The position numbers were made by a program, and so were the translations under genes. A model generated the notes under the pieces. That model had not been told where the DNA came from, made no database searches, and worked only from the letters and a program-made list of their open reading frames with translations. Source: Podarcis bocagei (Eukaryota). From it: 64,000 bases of DNA. The stretch lies in assembly GCA_964188305.1 (NCBI GenBank), contig OZ076896.1; one strand, given 5' to 3'. This document shows, one piece after another, positions 1 through 12,537 of this stretch. Within the stretch, counting starts at the first letter, position 1; each line of letters opens with the position of its first letter.

Positions 1-119
1 TCTGAAACTCAGCAATTTGAAGTAATTCAGATGTATTGCGTCTGGAGAATGGTGCAGAGAACCACACTACTGAACTTTCCCTGGCATGTTTTAGGAATGA
101 GGGTCTTCTCAATGATGAA

Positions 120-311
120 GGGTTGTGACTCTGTGGTAGAGCACATGCTTTGCAGTGCAAGAGATCCCAGGTACAGTTCCCAGTTTTCCCAGGTACGGCT
201 GGAAAAGACCTCTATCTGAAACCCTGAAGAGCCACTGTCAGTCAGTTTAGACAATGCTAAGTAAGATGGACCAATAGTCTGACTCTGTTTAATGCAGCTG
301 CTTAGGTTCCT
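120..311 (+). mobile_element. tRNA-Ala-like-headed SINE (old copy)
   Basis: Degenerate tRNA head (tggtagagca..ctttgca) plus body ...gtcagtttagacaatgct...gatggaccaatagtctgactc...gttcct. Same family as 7507 and 19585. Confidence 0.75.
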
Positions 312-337
312 ATTTATATAACAGTATTCCCAGGATA

Positions 338-662
338 GGGACGCGGGTGGCGCTGTGGGTTAAACCACAGAGCCTAGGACTTGCCAATCAGAAGGTTGGC
401 GGTTCAAATCCCTGCGACGGGGTGAGCTCCCGTTGCTCGGTCCCTGCTCCTGCCAACCTAGCAGTTTGAAAGCACATCAAGGTGCAAGTAGATAAATAGG
501 TACTGCTCCGGCGGGAAGGTAAATGGCGTTTCCATGCGCTGCTCTGCGGCCACATGACCCGGAAGCTGTACGCCAGCTCCCTCGGCCAGTAAAGCGAGAT
601 GAGCGCCGCAACCCCAGAGTCAGCCACGACTGGACCTAATGGTCAGGGGCCCCTTTCACTTT
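338..662 (+). mobile_element. Sauria-type SINE, full length
   Basis: GGGACGCGGGTGGCGCTG head, B-box ggttcaaatcc and ..ccttt tail. 13-bp TSD TATTCCCAGGATA at 325-337 and 663-675. Confidence 0.92.
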
Positions 663-1607
663 TATTCCCAGGATAAAGTATAAGAAAACAATCCAAACAT
701 GTCACTTCAAAAGGTCTATGTGCAGTAATCCAAGCAGAAGAAACCTGGAATAGCCATCATGACAAAGGAAGGGAAAGTATATTTGTTTCAGACCCATATA
801 TAAGAACATAGGCAGCTGTGCTTGCAGAGTGAATTTGGAGCTGATTTTGTTTTGCATATTTTTATACAGTATATGGTTTACAATAGTATAGTTCCTGGAT
901 ACAGTAATGATGTTCATTTAATGATTGCACAGAAATATAATAGCCGAACAAATACTGAGTTCTATTCAGATGAGATCAGTTTTACCCATGTCACAAGACT
1001 AGAATAATGTTTAAAGTTTTGGGGAAATACTTGTTAAAAAAAACAAGTTGAAGTTATTCTGGACACAGATTGCATGTAGCTGTGTTGATAATTTAACTGG
1101 GGTGGGAACCCAAAGTAATAGTAGAGTGGTTTTATTTTTTTCCTTGTTGATCTTCTTTCCACCACGACCCCTTATTAAGATAAACTGAAGTCCCAAACAA
1201 GAGGGGTTTTCATGTTCTATCAAAACCATTAATTAGGCTGGATGCTAAGCAAAAAACAAAAGAAAACAAAAAAGCAGGTTGGAGGGAATTGGAGAAGGAA
1301 ATGTTGTTGGGCAAGATGGGAAAAGCCTGAATCTGCATTTTGTAATATTCTTAAAATGGAATGGGGGAGTTTGCACAACTTGATTAGGCACAACTTGGTA
1401 GGAGGCCGGAGGAAATAATTTTAAAAATCTGAGTTTGCAGTAAAGACTAGGAACAGAGAAGCATGATAGTTTCCCCATTCAAAATATAAATACCAGCAGC
1501 TTTTCAGCTCTGTCTTTATCACTAATCTGGCGTGATACTGTCTGAGGCAAAGTATAGAAAATGTGAGAGTACTTATTGGCAAAAATGGAAATCATTTTAA
1601 TAATCAC

Positions 1608-1670
1608 TTTATTATTTATACCCCACCCATATGACTGGGTAGCCCCAGTCACTCTGGGTGGCTTCCAACA
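1608..1670 (-). mobile_element. L2-clade LINE 3'-end fragment
   Basis: Matches the 3' terminus of the 13.7-16.1 kb element (ttatacccc.cccat..g.ctggg..ccccag.cactctggg.ggcttcc). Confidence 0.8.
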
Positions 1671-2056
1671 TTTCAGATAGTGCACTGCAAATTTAGTCAA
1701 TGGAAGTGATTGTTTTGCATAGCTACCCTAATATGAGTGACCTGTAAGTATTCTATATCTGTAGGAAAAAGCAGTTGAATGTTAGTACAGGGTATTATAG
1801 GGAGAATTGGCCTTGTGTGCCCAGCATGGCTGCGGAAACCCAGCCAGATGGACGGGGTATAAGTAAAACAACAACACCACAACATCCCTCCAAGGATATT
1901 GACTGATCCCTGGAATACCTTTAGGGACATGTGAAAGGGTGAATATGACTATTGCTGCTATTATACTCCACTGGCACTTTTAGACAGAAGTTAAGCAGGG
2001 CATAATTTAGAGATGAGTGTATAAAAAATGGATAACCAATATTGTGCCCTCTAGAT

Positions 2057-2341
2057 CAGGGGTCGGCAACTTAAGGCCCTTGGGCCACAAGCAGCCCATG
2101 GGGTTGTTTAACCGGCCCACGAGCTGCCCCCAAACCGAGCTGCCCGCTTGGTGAGCCCCCCCCCCCCGTGCTGCACTAATACGGCGCGGTGCGGGGACTT
2201 GCTCCTACGGTGCCGGAAATCGTGTCTACACAGACGTCAGTAATCGCAGGTGCACATGCTCATGCACACTCACAATCCAGCCCACAGAGGATCTCCGCAG
2301 GAGTGAACCAGCCCAGGTGAGGTAAACCTTGCCGACCCCTG
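2057..2341. mobile_element. hAT (Charlie-like) MITE
   Basis: TIRs CAGGGGTCGGCAA / TTGCCGACCCCTG and perfect 8-bp TSD CTCTAGAT. Interrupts a hairpin MITE (~2020-2430). Confidence 0.9.
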
Positions 2342-3518
2342 CTCTAGATTGTGAGCTACAACTCCCATCAGCCCTGGCCACCATTGTCAGGGATGTTGAA
2401 TGTTGTATTTGAAAACATCTGGAGGCTACCTCTGGTACAAAGAATAAGGAAGTAATAGAGAAGTTGAAAAGGCAAATCTGAGGGACAGACGCCTGAGATC
2501 AGCCGTCAGTTGTTGCATTAAGATTTTATAACCTTTGACTTTTGAAGCTGAGAATATCTGCAGAGTGAAGAAATACAAACATTCATCAACAAAGAGAGGA
2601 AACTTTAAATGGATATGGCATGGAAAGGAAAACCTAGCGGACAGTAGTGGAGAGATGAGTTAAGAAAGGATCAGGAAAAAAGAGTGGCAGAATACAAAAT
2701 AAAAAGTGGGGAATGATGAGGGATTGGTGTGCTAAAAAGTAAAGCAGTACCACAGTCAAGATGAAACAATACGAAGAAGTCAGAGTTCTCAAAGCCGTGG
2801 TAGAAAGAAGTGAACAAAGTTTTGGGGTGTTAAACTTTTAATGACAAGAGCAAAATGTAAATAATAAACACCCAGACTACTTAGGAGAATAAGTGGTTAT
2901 TTATACAGCCTTTATTTTTCTTAGTATATTGTAGCTCCCTGCATTGCATTGTTAATCGCTTATGAAATTTTTGAGTTTCACATGCAACTTGTCGAAAGTT
3001 CACTCACCTTCTCGGTGTGGCGGTATTGCAGAACAGTGTAGGCTCCTCTAAGACTCCGACCAGAGAACTCAGGATTGGCATCCTGTCTGGAGCTGGATCC
3101 TAGCCTGCACCCAGGATTGGCAAAAGGGGCTGCAGGCTTGGATATGGGCTGGGCCAGAAGGCAGAGTTGACGGTGCAGGAAGGCTTCCCTCTGGTCTGTG
3201 CCCTGGCCATTTAAACAGTCCGCACCCTGGAGCCCTTACCTGTTTCCCCTCACTGGATTGTCGGGATCATCATTGGAGCTGGTTTTCCTCTTGGATTTGG
3301 CACTTTGTTTCTTCATTTGCCCCAGCTGTCGCCACACTGCAATCGCTGCTGCCTTTTGCCACCTGGGTGAAATCACTCAAGCTGAAATCACTGGCCATTG
3401 CTTGTCAAAAACTGAAGGGTTTTCAGATATTTCACAAAGTTCAGTTATATCTATTTAGATCTAGATTTCTCTGGATCAAAGATAGTGTCTTGCAACTCTA
3501 ACCGTGGCCATAATCTAT

Positions 3519-3590
3519 CTTCCTTCCTTCCTTCCTTCCTTCCTTCCTTCCTTCCTTCCTTCCTTCCTTCCTTCCTTTCTTTCTTTCTTT
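3519..3590. repeat. (CCTT)n microsatellite
   Basis: Tandem CCTT units grading into CTTT. Confidence 0.95.
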
Positions 3591-4558
3591 CCAAGGCTTA
3601 GTTGTATAGAAAACATGTCAGTTGTCTGTGGCTTCCCTTCAACACCATAAGCAAGGAACTTTTCCTCCTCTAACATGTCAAGGATGTTGTGTTCTGTGGC
3701 TATTCTGCAAAATGATATTTGTCCAAACTGTGTGGTGGTACAAATATCTTCTGGTTTCAAAACTATAGTCTGTTTCCCCCTGTTTTAATAAATATATGCA
3801 AGACACGTGCATAAGTATATGATGGCATGGAGTTGCACTTTTGCACCACTGAAATGTATAATTATAGTGGCTAATGGAAATAGATAATAGAATATTCATT
3901 GATTCATTTTTGCATTAACTGACATTCTCCAATCCATTGTTCTAAACTTTAATCTGGGTCAATACTTCTAAATCTGTAAGAGATATTTAACAATGGGGGA
4001 TATTTTGGGTTATGAGGGCATAATACTGGGGCCTATCATAGCTTCCCTGTTGTTGCACCAGACCTGTGTTCCTCTGCTTGCCTCTTGTCTCACGTGACCA
4101 GATTGTCTTTCAAAAGTTATTGATTCATAAGCAGGGGAAAATAACTTTCTTTAAAATTGTTCCAACAATGCCATTCTGTTCTGTGAATCAGGTTTAGGAT
4201 AATTTTTTATCATGTTGCTTTTCTGCTAGTGACGACAACAATCTTGAGCTGCAAAGTTTTGTAAACTATCCCTATAAAATTGAGATGCATTTTAACCTGT
4301 CTACTTAGCCTTGTCTCTCGACATTTCAGCATCAGCCAACTCTTTTATAAAACTACTATTTGGTTTTTAATAGCTGACTGGCCTCCGTCCAGTAGCGAAT
4401 TACCTTGGAACTGCATAGGCTCTTAATTCATGTGATCACCAGCTAAATACAAATTGGCTCAAGACAAGAGGTGAAAGTTCATTGGCTTATTTTACCAGTA
4501 ACATGCTGGTATGGCTTTTGTGTGCAGAACCACATTGAACAACAGCTACTTTAACTCT

Positions 4559-4707
4559 GTTAGGATAGCTCAATCAGTAGAGCATGCGACTCTTAATCTC
4601 AGGATCGTGGGTTTGAGCCCCACATTGGACAAAAGATTCCTGCATTGCAGGGGATTGGTCTAGATGACAGTCATGATCCCTTCCAACACTACAATTCTAT
4701 GATTCTA
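4559..4707 (+). mobile_element. tRNA-Lys(CTT)-headed SINE with CR1-derived 3' tail
   Basis: Head tagctcaatcagtagagcatgcgactCTTaatctcaggatcgtgggtttgagccccac resembles tRNA-Lys(CTT). Tail ..ctagatgac..cttccaac..attctatgattcta is a CR1-type end. Confidence 0.85.
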
Positions 4708-5011
4708 ACACAGAAGAAAGCAACAGAACACAGCAAATTGGTTTCAGAGTGTATATATGTTCCTCAGCTACAAACTGGAAAGTTGTTTTGTTCAAATAAA
4801 TGTGGGAAGCCACCTACACTCACACTTCCTACTTCCTCTTAAATCTACCAAACACATTTGCAATACCTGGTGAATTTACATTTTCCCAGTGCTAAGAGAG
4901 AGCATATGGTATTATTGCACTTCAAAAGCATCAGCGTGAAATCTCTGGGTGTTTGCTTAAGTACTCTGAAAGTTTTAAATTTTAAGGCCTAGTTCTCACT
5001 GAGGTAGTATT

Positions 5012-5428
5012 GAATTATAGAATTGTAGAGTTGGAAGAGACCTCTGGGGTCATCTAGTCCAGCCTCCTGCAATCCAGGAATCTCAACTAAAGCATCCATG
5101 ACAGATGGTCATCCAACCACCGCTTAAAAACCTTCAGAGAAGGAGAGCCTGCCACCTCCCAAGAGAGTCTGTTCCACCGTCTAACAGCTATTAGTGTCAG
5201 AAAGTTCTTCCTGATGTTTAGTCAGAATCTCCTTTCTTGTAACTTGAACCCATCGGTATGGGTCCTACCCTCCAGAGCAGGAGAAAACAAGCTTGTTCCC
5301 TCCCATACGACAGCCCTTTAGATATTTGAAGATGGCTGTTGTATCTCTTTTCAGTCTCCTCTTTACTGGGCTAAATATGCCAACTCCCTCAACCGTTCCT
5401 CATAAGGCTTAGTTTCCAGATTCTTGAT
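5012..5428 (-). mobile_element. CR1 LINE 3' fragment
   Basis: On the minus strand: ORF2 C-terminal sequence followed by ggactagatgacc..cttccaactctacaattctat, a CR1 tail. Confidence 0.85.
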
Positions 5429-7506
5429 GTCAAAGTAAAGCAACCTGTGTCTTATTCTATTTCAGATAGCGGGGGGGGGGGGCAGGTGAAAATGCTTTTT
5501 TGTACGAAGAGATTCCTTTGATGCAGAAAATTAATATGGTAATGTCATGGGTTATAGCTCTGCCCAGCCAAGTTACCACTACTCCTTTCAACAACATGCT
5601 AGTTTTTTATGTTCACTGAATTTCTTTGCTTTCAGAAGTGGTACAGCACAGATACAGATTTATGGCTTAGATTTACTAGTTGCACTAAGATGTCTGTGCT
5701 GAAAATTGGAAATAGTGTGTAAGGCATTTGTTTATTTGTTTGTTTGTTTGTTTGCTTGCTTGCTTTATTGCCCACCCTTCACATAAGCTCCCAGGGTGGG
5801 TCATAACAATTTAAAAGGCAACATTGAATGCAGTTTAAAACTGCTACAGTATGACAATTTGCCAGCAGTATTGCAACAATATGGTTTTGGTATTGCACTT
5901 GTGGCTTATCATGAATGTGCAGGTGACTTTTAATTCATTCTCCCTGGTGTGAGTGGAAGCAACAAACCACTGACTTAGTGCTACATCCAGAATGAGGAGT
6001 CATTGTTTGTTTTACTCCCTGGCTTCTTGACCATGATTTGTTTAAGCAAAGCTAATCACATACCTTGGTTTGGCATAACTAGTCAGGCATCATAAGTTGC
6101 TAGTGCGAGGGGAGGAGCAAAGCAAATGTGATCTACGCATGCAAGGTGAGATGCTAACTAAGGTTTACTGTGCCCTGTGAAGGCAGCCTCTGTGCTTGTT
6201 TGCTTGGATAAGAAACTGGAGGGTGGCACACATTGTGGCTTAATAGGATATGTGTTAGGCTGTACCATGTCTTCAGATGATGTGCTGAATGGTGCCTAGA
6301 CTAACATGCATCTAGTTCAATGCAGAGATGTGTTTCTAGGCTTATCTTTTGCTTCAGATGGTTATGTAGAGATTCTTCTAAACAAAGCTATCAGCACTGT
6401 ATGCTTCTTCCTCACCCCCCCCCCCTCCGCAGATTCTGGTTGCATATCAACATTTATCAGTCCAACATCCATCAATAATTCATTAATGCCTTCAGTCTTA
6501 TGTAATATAAAGATATATCTATTTTGCATAGGTTAAATTTAGCAGAGTAGAATGTATCACATTTTTGGCATGCTGCCTGTTTCATGAAACTGATTTTTTG
6601 CTTTTTTACTTCCTCTCTTCCATTCTTCCCTTATCCCTCCCTCATAAGATGCCTAGATACTGGGGGCGGGCAAATTATGACTTTGCCACATTGATGTTTA
6701 TTTATTTATTTTTAAAAAACATCCATTGCTCACAAAGCTCAACTTATATGTTCAGTCTACATGCCTGCCGTGCACCCTGGTTGCCATAGCAAAGTGGAAA
6801 AGCTCTAGTTTTCCGTGTAATCTGTTTCCTCAAAGAGGCCGAGCTTTTCTCAAATTCTAAAGTAGCTTTAAAACAGTAATACAAAACATTTCTCCTCCAG
6901 TGAAACATATTGAAATGTTTCGTGTGTGTGTGTGTGCGCGTGCGCGCACAAATCCTGCACACACTGTTTCAGTGTTTCAGCCTGTTTCAGTCAACAATTT
7001 AGGATTGCTGCTTAATTGTTCTATTATTGCACTTAAAAAGGAAATTTCTTCAACTGGACGGTAGACTAATGCTATCTTTTCAAAATATCTGGCCTTGGTT
7101 GCAAAGTTGTAATCTTGAAGTAGTACAGAGGCCTAGCATGTGCTGGGCTGGGGGCCCCTCTCCCCGGGTGCTTTTTTTTTGAGAGGGCATAGCCAGGTGC
7201 CCCCATGACAGGCTCCCTTGTTGAGGACAGAACCATGGGGAGGGAAGCCACACCTGGGCTGGACCTGATGCCACTCATCTGACTGGGTTGCTCTAGCCAG
7301 TCTGGGAGGCTTCCAACAAATCAAACACATTGGTTTGTATGCAGAAGAAGGTAGCAATTCAATCCTTGGCATCTCCATTTAAAAGCTCTTGAGGCAGCAA
7401 AGCATTTGCCTACGACTTTGGAAAACTGTTACCATTTAACAGTAGACAAGATTGAACTGGATGGACTAGTAGCCTGGCTATAAAGCAGTTTTATATGTGC
7501 AGGGAA

Positions 7507-7688
7507 GGGCTGTAGCTCAGGGCAGAGCATGCAGAAGGTCCCAGGTTCAGTCCCCAGCGTCTCCAGATAAAGCTTGGGGACTTTGTCTCAAACCCCAGAG
7601 AGCTGCTGCTAGTTAGTGTAGTGTAGAGGCAGTACTGAACTAGGAGGGCCAATGGCCTGACTTTGGTATAAGGTAGCTTTCTACGTTT
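7507..7688 (+). mobile_element. tRNA-Ala-like-headed SINE
   Basis: gggctgtagctcag..gagcatgcagaaggtcccaggttcagtccc A/B-box head with the family body. Confidence 0.8.
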
Positions 7689-9982
7689 CAGTTGGGTTAA
7701 CAGTGACTTTGAGATTTATTAACATGGACCAGAGCTCAAAGGGCCACTTTAGGTGTGCTCAGATGGTTTGGATATATGCCCAGTGGGGTTCTTCCGAATG
7801 GCAAACCCAAATGCTATTTTGCAGAGACAAAGTAGTGTACAGGATAGAGTGACTTGGAGGAGTACCAAAATTGCAATTTCAAAAGTAATTTGGCATAATG
7901 CAAGAGTGGCTTTTGCTAGGAATATTGAATCCTCAGACCTCCCTGAATATGCAGAGCTAGTTGCACTGTTCTTTGGATGCAGATCATCATATATTTGGAT
8001 CCTGGGAGGAACTGTACTATTTGGGTAAATTGTTTTTGTGGATTATATTTAAGCATTGTTGTTTTTCTCTCTCTTTCCAATGGCTGCTGCTTGCCCTCAT
8101 TCCTGTTACTTGTAGATTTCTAGATGCAGAGCCCTTTTTCTAAACATCACAATGGAGAGTATTATATGACTATCATCTCTAGTCTTGTTTATCTTATCTT
8201 GCCTGACAACAGGATTTGTCCTTCCCTTCTTCTTGACTCCTTATGCTGCATACAGCTTTCATGATTATATAATTGAAACGCTAGTTAAGAAATGAAAGTT
8301 ACCTTGCCTAACCCACTACTAATCAGTGCAGAGAAAGAATCTTGCATACAGTATAAGATAGCACAAACTAATCTATTTTGAAAGCTGTTTTGGTTGTGCA
8401 CCACTAACAAAGAGATGAGGAATGAAGCCCAGATAAAAGAAGCAAATTCTCTAGCAACTAATAATTTACTACAGTGGAATAAACTCTACTTTTATTAACT
8501 TGAGTTATTCCCTGTTGACTTAAATTATAAGCTGATTGCAGCCAAAGTGTTTTGTTTTTACCAGAGGTTGTTAATTCAGGTGCCAAAATATCACAAACTG
8601 TGTGAACAGTGAACCCAAATTCTCCATATGGAACTAATAAGCTTTAGATTGCTTATTTTTTTTTGTTCTGATTTTGCATTGTTTTGTTTATAATTTTTGC
8701 TAAGTGCCATGGGTACTTAAGGGCAGTATTCCAATAAATAAACTGGCAAATAGATCAACAGCAGTTCTGTCATTTTTGCCATTATTATCTGATGACTTTT
8801 TGTGCACACACATTTCTATTTGCACTTGATGCCAGAGGTGCCAGCTTTGTTTTTTAATTGACTTTCTTAAATTTGAGGGTTTGTGTAGTTCTACCTATAC
8901 ACACAAACTTGATACAGTGAGCTGGTTCAGCCAATTATATAGTGTTCTTGTCTAGGCTTATTAAATTAAGTATTTCACACAGTTTTGAGTAAACTGCAAT
9001 TTTAACCTGGAAGCCTCTAATTAACCATAATCTTCCCTTTCCATTCAAATTTGGGGATTATTTTATACTTTGAAATGTTGTTTTTGTATTTTGACTTGTT
9101 AGCCACCTTGAGTCCTCAAAAAGTAGACTGGTTATATGATTTTAAAATAAATATGTAAATAAGTATGGTTTCCAGCTTCAGAAAAAGCCAGGATATTGAA
9201 ACCACAATTTGAACTTGGTTTAATACCCTGGGCTTGTTGTGAATCTGGTAACCAAGTTTCCTGGTTGAGACAAAACAGGAAACTGGTTAATTGAATACTT
9301 CCTGGTTACGCTATGAAGAGATAAGATAAGGGTTTGCATGCATGGACAAAATACTCATTGATATCTTAGCTTCTTAAGCCAACATTTCATTGCCCTTATA
9401 GGAGGGGCAAGGTAGTACGAAAAATCTAAGATCACGGAAGCACCCCAGCTATGGGGTTAAGAAGCAGCTTGGTGTTTATAGTCACAAGAAACCAATGGAA
9501 GGAAAAGCTTTCGTTGGAGGAACTGGACATGGAGGAACAGATTAATTTCTTTCCTGAGCGCAAATCATCCCATGTATGAGATAAGCCAACAGGTGCAACA
9601 TCAGCCAAACCAGTTGCTATGGCAACAGCCCAGTGCCATCTATATAAATGATTAAGGCATGTCAATCAGTGAGTCTGTCCATGAGTCAGAGTCTGTGTTA
9701 CATCTTAGAATTGCTAGAGCAACAGAAATGCTTTCTACTTGTATATATCAGTATCTGTATCTGCAAAGCCTACAAGCTGTTATGTATATATCAACATCTG
9801 GAACAGTATTACTTAGGTCTTCTCTTCTGCAGCAGTTCCTGTGAAACTGCCAGTCTGAACACATTCCTACCTTCCATAGCGCTTCTCAGTGGCTTATGGT
9901 TATTTCAGCAACAATGCTGACATATTTAGGGTTGAATAGAGGGTTTCATCATATCTAAACATTGAGCTTCATGGCATAACAG

Positions 9983-10115
9983 GTGGCCTTGGTGGTGCAG
10001 AGTGCCTTCTATCCACTTTGGCAGGTGGCCCAACTGCACCCCTATCTGGACAGGGATAACCTAACTTCTGTTATCTTTGCTCTGGTAAGCTCTAGGTTAG
10101 ATTACTGCAACATGC
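9983..10115 (+). mobile_element. Degenerate L2-clade RT fragment
   Basis: Translates as HPYLDRDNLTSVIFALVSSRLDYCN, homologous to RPYL..ALVISRLDYCN in the intact L2 ORF. Confidence 0.75.
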
Positions 10116-11414
10116 TTAGGATCTTGGTGGACCCCTTAATAATTTTTCTGCCTGTTGTAGCAATCGTATTGTTGCATTATTTTTGCATTAAAATGTGAAT
10201 TCCAAGAATTCAGATCTTTATACAATAGAATTCTGTGTCTTCCTGACTCCTAATCCTCTCTCTACCCCTTTCTAATCACTTCCTCCCTCCCATCACTTCT
10301 GGTCCATCTCTGAGCAGCCGCTGCCGCCGTTCATGGTTGGTCTGTGCCTATTCTTCGACAGGCCGTGGGCCACCAGAATGAAATTTGCTGAACAATTTCA
10401 GAGAAACTGGGGCAAGGTTGAGGTGGTGCACAACTTGCTGGTGGCTACTGATGGCTGCAGAAGTCAACAAGTGGGTGGTTCCTTCTTCCTCTCATTCTTC
10501 TCTTCAAAACCAGGAGCCCACTTTGTGAGGAGGGATGTATACATTGCACAGTGTTGCTGTTTTGATCACCGTATACCAAACACTGCTCCTGGTTTGGGGG
10601 GCAGTGTTCTTTACCTGGAGGTCATATTGTAATGTTTGAGGGTTTATTGTGTTTTAAGGAGGAGGAGATGGTTTGGGAATATGGTCTTGCCAGTTATTGA
10701 TTATGATGATGCTTTTGTTTTAATTGTAAGCTGATCTGATTGTGATTTCATTTTATAACATTTCAAAGGTGTTGTACCCTAGAATATGCCTGTGGAATTT
10801 GGGGTTGGGAACTGCTAACACTGAAAGTGGGACCCAGGCTCCTATGACATGCTGCCTTAACCTTGGCCTTGATTGTGGATGGGAGGAAAGAATAGCAGGA
10901 AAGTAGGGTTGGGGTTGAAACTTTCATTCCCTACCCTGCCCATCAAACTTAATGGACATTTTGTTTGTATGTTATAAATAGAAGAACCATTGTTTACACT
11001 CCTCCAATTCAATCTAACTTTCATACTGAGGCAACCCTACAGTAGTATTAAAAGTGCTTTTAAATTATAGAGGCAAAGCTCATGAAGCCTCCTTGTCTAT
11101 GTATAATCTATAATCTGACAGTGTGGAGTCACAAAGATGTTATTTCAGGCAGAGACAAATGGATAACTGCTCAAAACATTCATGTAGCTTCCTCTCCTCT
11201 GCAATCATAAATTAGAAAGCCATATTGTTGTGTGTATTTGTGAAAGATTTTATCAAGTCCCACAAAAGTGAGTATATAATTTTACTTCCCAATTTCTGAA
11301 TAGAAAAAAGGGATTAAAATAGTTTGAAACCTGTTTTAGATACATTCCGTGTGTATAGGTATAGTATGACTAAAGATAGCTGGATGATAGATAGATGATT
11401 GGGCTATCTATGAT

Positions 11415-11570
11415 TTCCAGTATGCCTCTGAATACCATCCTGGGGAACGCAAGCAAGAGAGTTAAGTTGCACTCATGCCCTGCTTTGGGATTTCCAGAAG
11501 CATCTGGTTAGCCACTGTGGGAAAAGGATTCCTGGTTAGGTGGCCTTTGGTCTGATCCAGCAGGGCTTTT
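11415..11570 (+). mobile_element. CR1-type 3' UTR fragment
   Basis: cctctgaatacca..catctggttagccactgtg..tggtctgatccagcagggct. Related copies at ~20700-20935 (-), ~43100-43272 (+) and ~56420-56625 (+). Confidence 0.65.
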
Positions 11571-12437
11571 TAAAAAAAATCTTAGGGCAGAAGTGATTGC
11601 TTCTGGATGTGGATGTTCCATTTAGCAATGTGGCCAAAAACTAAATTCATTGGTAAAAATGCTTCCAAAGTTAGTAGCTTCAGATGGGTCCAGGAAATTA
11701 GCAGAACCGCATTATGCAGCTGAAAGTCAGAAGGCTACAGGGAATGGCAATGCTTTATACTCCTGTTATGTGGATGATCATTAGGTTTTGATGAGATCCT
11801 TCTATTTTTCTCCTAAAAGAAGCAAATTGGAATATGACTGAAAGTTGCATTATTTTACTACAATTTGAATCTCCAAATCTATCATTTCATGCTGCCCTTA
11901 AGTACCATTGCCCTTAAATATTTTATATTCTACTGTTTTGTAACTGAAGTTCATAATGTCCTCTTAATTGTTAGCCTTTGTTTACCATTCTACTTTTGAA
12001 ATGCTGGTGGGGAAATAATATCTCACAGTTGTTCTTACTCAAGATTACTGCTTTTAAAAAGTGAATAAACAATATCTTTTAATGGGATGAGCATTCTTGA
12101 AATGATTAAGTATGTATCAACTATCTGTAGAATGTTGAAAGTACACTTTGCAAGTTTGTAAGCTTGTTTTGAAGCAACTGTTAATTTTGGGTGCAAAGTA
12201 TTCACATTTTCAGGATCCTCTCTTCCTTCTTTTCATACTATATTTCTTTTAAAAAATATATATATGTTAAAATATACATTTGTTTAACAAACGGTAATTA
12301 AATGTATGCATTAAGTTAAAACTAATAATGTCCAATTTATAAAAAGCAATTGCACATATTTAACAAATCATTCCCTCCCCCAAGCTGTAATTGTTACTCT
12401 TCATTACGTGTAATTAGACATGATTTTGTATCTACAG

Positions 12438-12537
12438 CTATTGTGGATGATGCACGGCTTTCAGCGGAGGAAATGGATGAAAGGCGACGTCAGAATATCG
12501 CTTATGAGTACTTATGCCACCTAGAGGAAGCAAAAAG
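12438..12537 (+). CDS. IQGAP2: IQGAP2 coding exon (exon 2 equivalent, 100 bp)
   Basis: tctacag|CTATTGTG acceptor and AAAAG|gtaata donor. Encodes IVDDARLSAEEMDERRRQNIAYEYLCHLEEAK(R); the IVDD..RLS, QNIAY and WMEVCL residues fit IQGAP2 rather than IQGAP1/3. Confidence 0.96.

Noticed and set aside
2990-3430. GC-richer LTR/DIRS-like segment
   Set aside because: No TSD or matched termini found, so it could not be classified.
4559-4632. Functional tRNA-Lys(CTT) gene
   Set aside because: Multiple mismatches in the D and T arms, direct fusion to a CR1 tail and no terminator indicate a SINE head. The same applies to the tRNA-Ala-like heads.
12452-12454. Ala in IVDDARLS where I recall Glu in human IQGAP2
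   Set aside because: A single substitution outside the CH core, and the comparison is from memory, so no functional claim is supportable.
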